NCBI GenBank assembly: GCA_043228905.1
Contig: JBHGNT010000007.1
Span: forward strand, 17,918,001 to 17,982,000
Reading direction: 5' to 3'
Length of the DNA: 64,000 nucleotides
Source of the DNA: Azolla caroliniana
Lineage: Eukaryota; Plantae; Polypodiophyta
Positions 61,985-64,000 of this stretch are shown one piece after another. The position numbers and the translations under genes were made by a program. How positions within the stretch are numbered: position 1 is the first letter of the stretch; each line of letters opens with the position of its first letter. A model generated the notes under the pieces. It had not been told where the DNA came from, did not search any database, and saw only the letters and a program-made list of their open reading frames with translations.

Positions 61985-62150
61985 GGAATTTGTTCATGTA
62001 CAAGAAAGACATGGGATTGCTCATGTACAAAAGAAAGACGGGATTGTTCACGTACAAAGGAAAGATATAGACCTGTTTATGTTCAAAGAAAGATATGAGG
62101 TTATTCATGTATAAAAGAAAGATATGGGATTGTTTCATGTAGAAAAGCAA
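61985..62150 (+). repeat. ~29-bp degenerate tandem repeat in the SUA 5' region
   Basis: GGGATTGTTCATGTACAAAAGAAAGA(C/T)AT-like unit, about 6 copies. Confidence 0.75.
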
Positions 62151-62402
62151 CATAAAGCAAGATGTGGAATTGCTTTGGATACTTCAATCTTAACTAGCCA
62201 TACAAGAAACTGGTTATATAGATGTTAAATATGGTTTGGAACCATGAATATCAATGCCAAGAAAGGTCGAGGAAGAGAAGAGAATATGCTAGATCTCCTT
62301 GAATTTTTAACATCTTAACTCTGTGCATCCTGTTTCAGGAGAGGGATCATTTTGCATGATATAGTGTTTTTGTCTGCATCGATGTGGAACCAGAAAGAAG
62401 GA

Positions 62403-63969
62403 ATGGACGGCGGGAGATTTGTGTTGCATCAAGCTGGATGGGATGATAAAAGTGTATGACACATATGTCAATCCGTGCTTTTTCAATCCATGTGGTTCAG
62501 GGGGTTTGAAACCTCTACTTTTATCCAAGAAATTCACATCCATCTAAACAGCAAAAAGAAAGCAAGGCCATGGCCACTTCGTGGATATTTGCTTATTGGG
62601 CATCCACTTCTTACCATTTCCTGACTTAATACTTATTCTTTTGGATGCACAGGCTTTGGGAAGATATGATAATTCACACAATCCTGACTATAGGTAAGGT
62701 TGCATGTGTGTTTGAATAAAACTATTATTTATTTTATAAAGTAATTTTTGTAGCTTTGTTTGTCAAAAACTCAAGCTAAGTTTTTATCCATTGGGATTTT
62801 TTCATGATTGTGTTGACTGGTACCTTTGATGGTATTGGGATTTCAGACATGGGGGGACTTATCCTGGACAGGGTTACACTGAACCTGGGTATCCCTCAGA
62901 TAATGGCTTTAACCGTGGAGGATTTCAAAGGGATGTGCTTCTCGAAAGAGAGAGATATCAGATGGCCGCTCCAGTTGAAGGAGCATGGAAGCCTCCGAGG
63001 AGTGGATATGATGATGAGTTAGGTGTTGTTGGAGGTTCACGAAGGCATGCAAAAGCTGGATATGATGATAATAGTAGAGAATCAAATGATCTCAGTGATG
63101 GTGAAATTAGAGAGCCAGAAGATGACCATAGAGATTTTAGGGATGTCAGGGATTCCAACACTTTTAGAGACCATGAATTTGAGAGAGGGGGCAGACCATT
63201 TGTGTCTGGAAGACATGGTTTTGTAGGAGATGATTATGGCCATAAACGCTCAGCTTTTAAGAGCAGTCGGGAGGGGAGCTGGGATAAGGATTATGTGCAT
63301 TCCAGGTATGGTGATGAATATGAATCAGATCAAGATGAGGAGAAGAGGGACAGGGGCTGGCGGAAATCACAAAGAAGGGATAGAGAAAGAAGGAGAAGCA
63401 ATGATAGAGATGAAAGCCCTGAAAGAGGAAGAAAAAGAGATAGGTCACATTCTCGTGGACTAGAACACCGGTCGAGGAGATCGCGATCCTCCTCTCGAGG
63501 TTATACAAGGGAGAGACGTGATCGAAGCTACGATGATGTGCATAGAAGGGATGAGAAGCGTTATCGAGACTATTCTGTGGTAATAGTTTGAAGTGTTGTG
63601 ATTGGTTTTATTTCAAACAATACTAACTGTATTACATTCCTAACTGGCGTGTGCATTTTTTCATGTAATATATTTGCTAGTCTGCATCAGCTACACTTGT
63701 TGTCAAAGGTCTCTCACAAAGAACTGTGGAAGATGATATCTGTAAAGCTCTGGTAATTTCCATCTAATCTTTTTGTAAGCGTTGATGGCATTCTGACTTC
63801 TGGAAGTCTTCTCAAAAAACATCGGATGTTTCTTGTCATATCCTGGTTTACAATTTAGATATGTTCTTTTTTGCAGGCAGAGTGGGGACCTTTGAGACAC
63901 GTGAGAGTGATCAAAGAGAGAAATACTGGCACTTCACGAGGCTTTGCATTCATAGATTTTCCAACTGTG
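62403..63969 (+). CDS. SUA: SUPPRESSOR OF ABI3-5 / RBM5-like splicing factor, 5' part (exons ~62403-62453, 62653-62693, 62848-63579, 63681-63752, 63878-63969; continues beyond the window)
   Basis: MDGGRF..GWDDKSALGRY; RS/RD-rich exon; RRM ATLVVKGLSQRTVEDDI..AEWGPLRHVRVIKERNTGTSRGFAFIDFPTV. Confidence 0.88.
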
Positions 63970-64000
63970 GTCAGTTATGAGTGTATACGCTCATTTTTCC

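Overview
Eukaryotic land-plant DNA; a non-seed plant such as a fern is likely (inferred from the Tcn1-like chromoviruses and intron style, not proven). The first ~50 kb is a stack of nested retroelements dropped into decayed PPR genes. It holds a Ty1/copia family (one complete element 5781-23470, TSD CATTG, plus several LTR copies), two chromodomain Ty3/gypsy elements (A 11196-17008 +; B 17261-23029 -), two other gypsy elements (C, D), solo LTRs, two L1-like LINE remnants and a SWIM/MULE fragment. The last 12 kb holds an intact 20-exon XPB (TFIIH helicase) gene and the 5' part of a SUA/RBM5-like gene. Three observations stand out. (1) A 4.6 kb Penelope-like element with no visible endonuclease is inserted interstitially with a perfect 15-bp TSD. 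It carries a minimal hammerhead ribozyme in its 3' UTR, an internally deleted 5S rRNA (Pol III promoter) module between 80-bp repeats at its other end, and termini that complement each other. (2) Four otherwise dissimilar LTR families all carry tRNA-like A-box/B-box cassettes in U3, pointing outward. (3) Elements A and B show a Tf1-type self-priming PBS, a G-UUA-AAC + pseudoknot -1 frameshift signal and heat-shock elements. Coordinates were read by eye and no searches were run.
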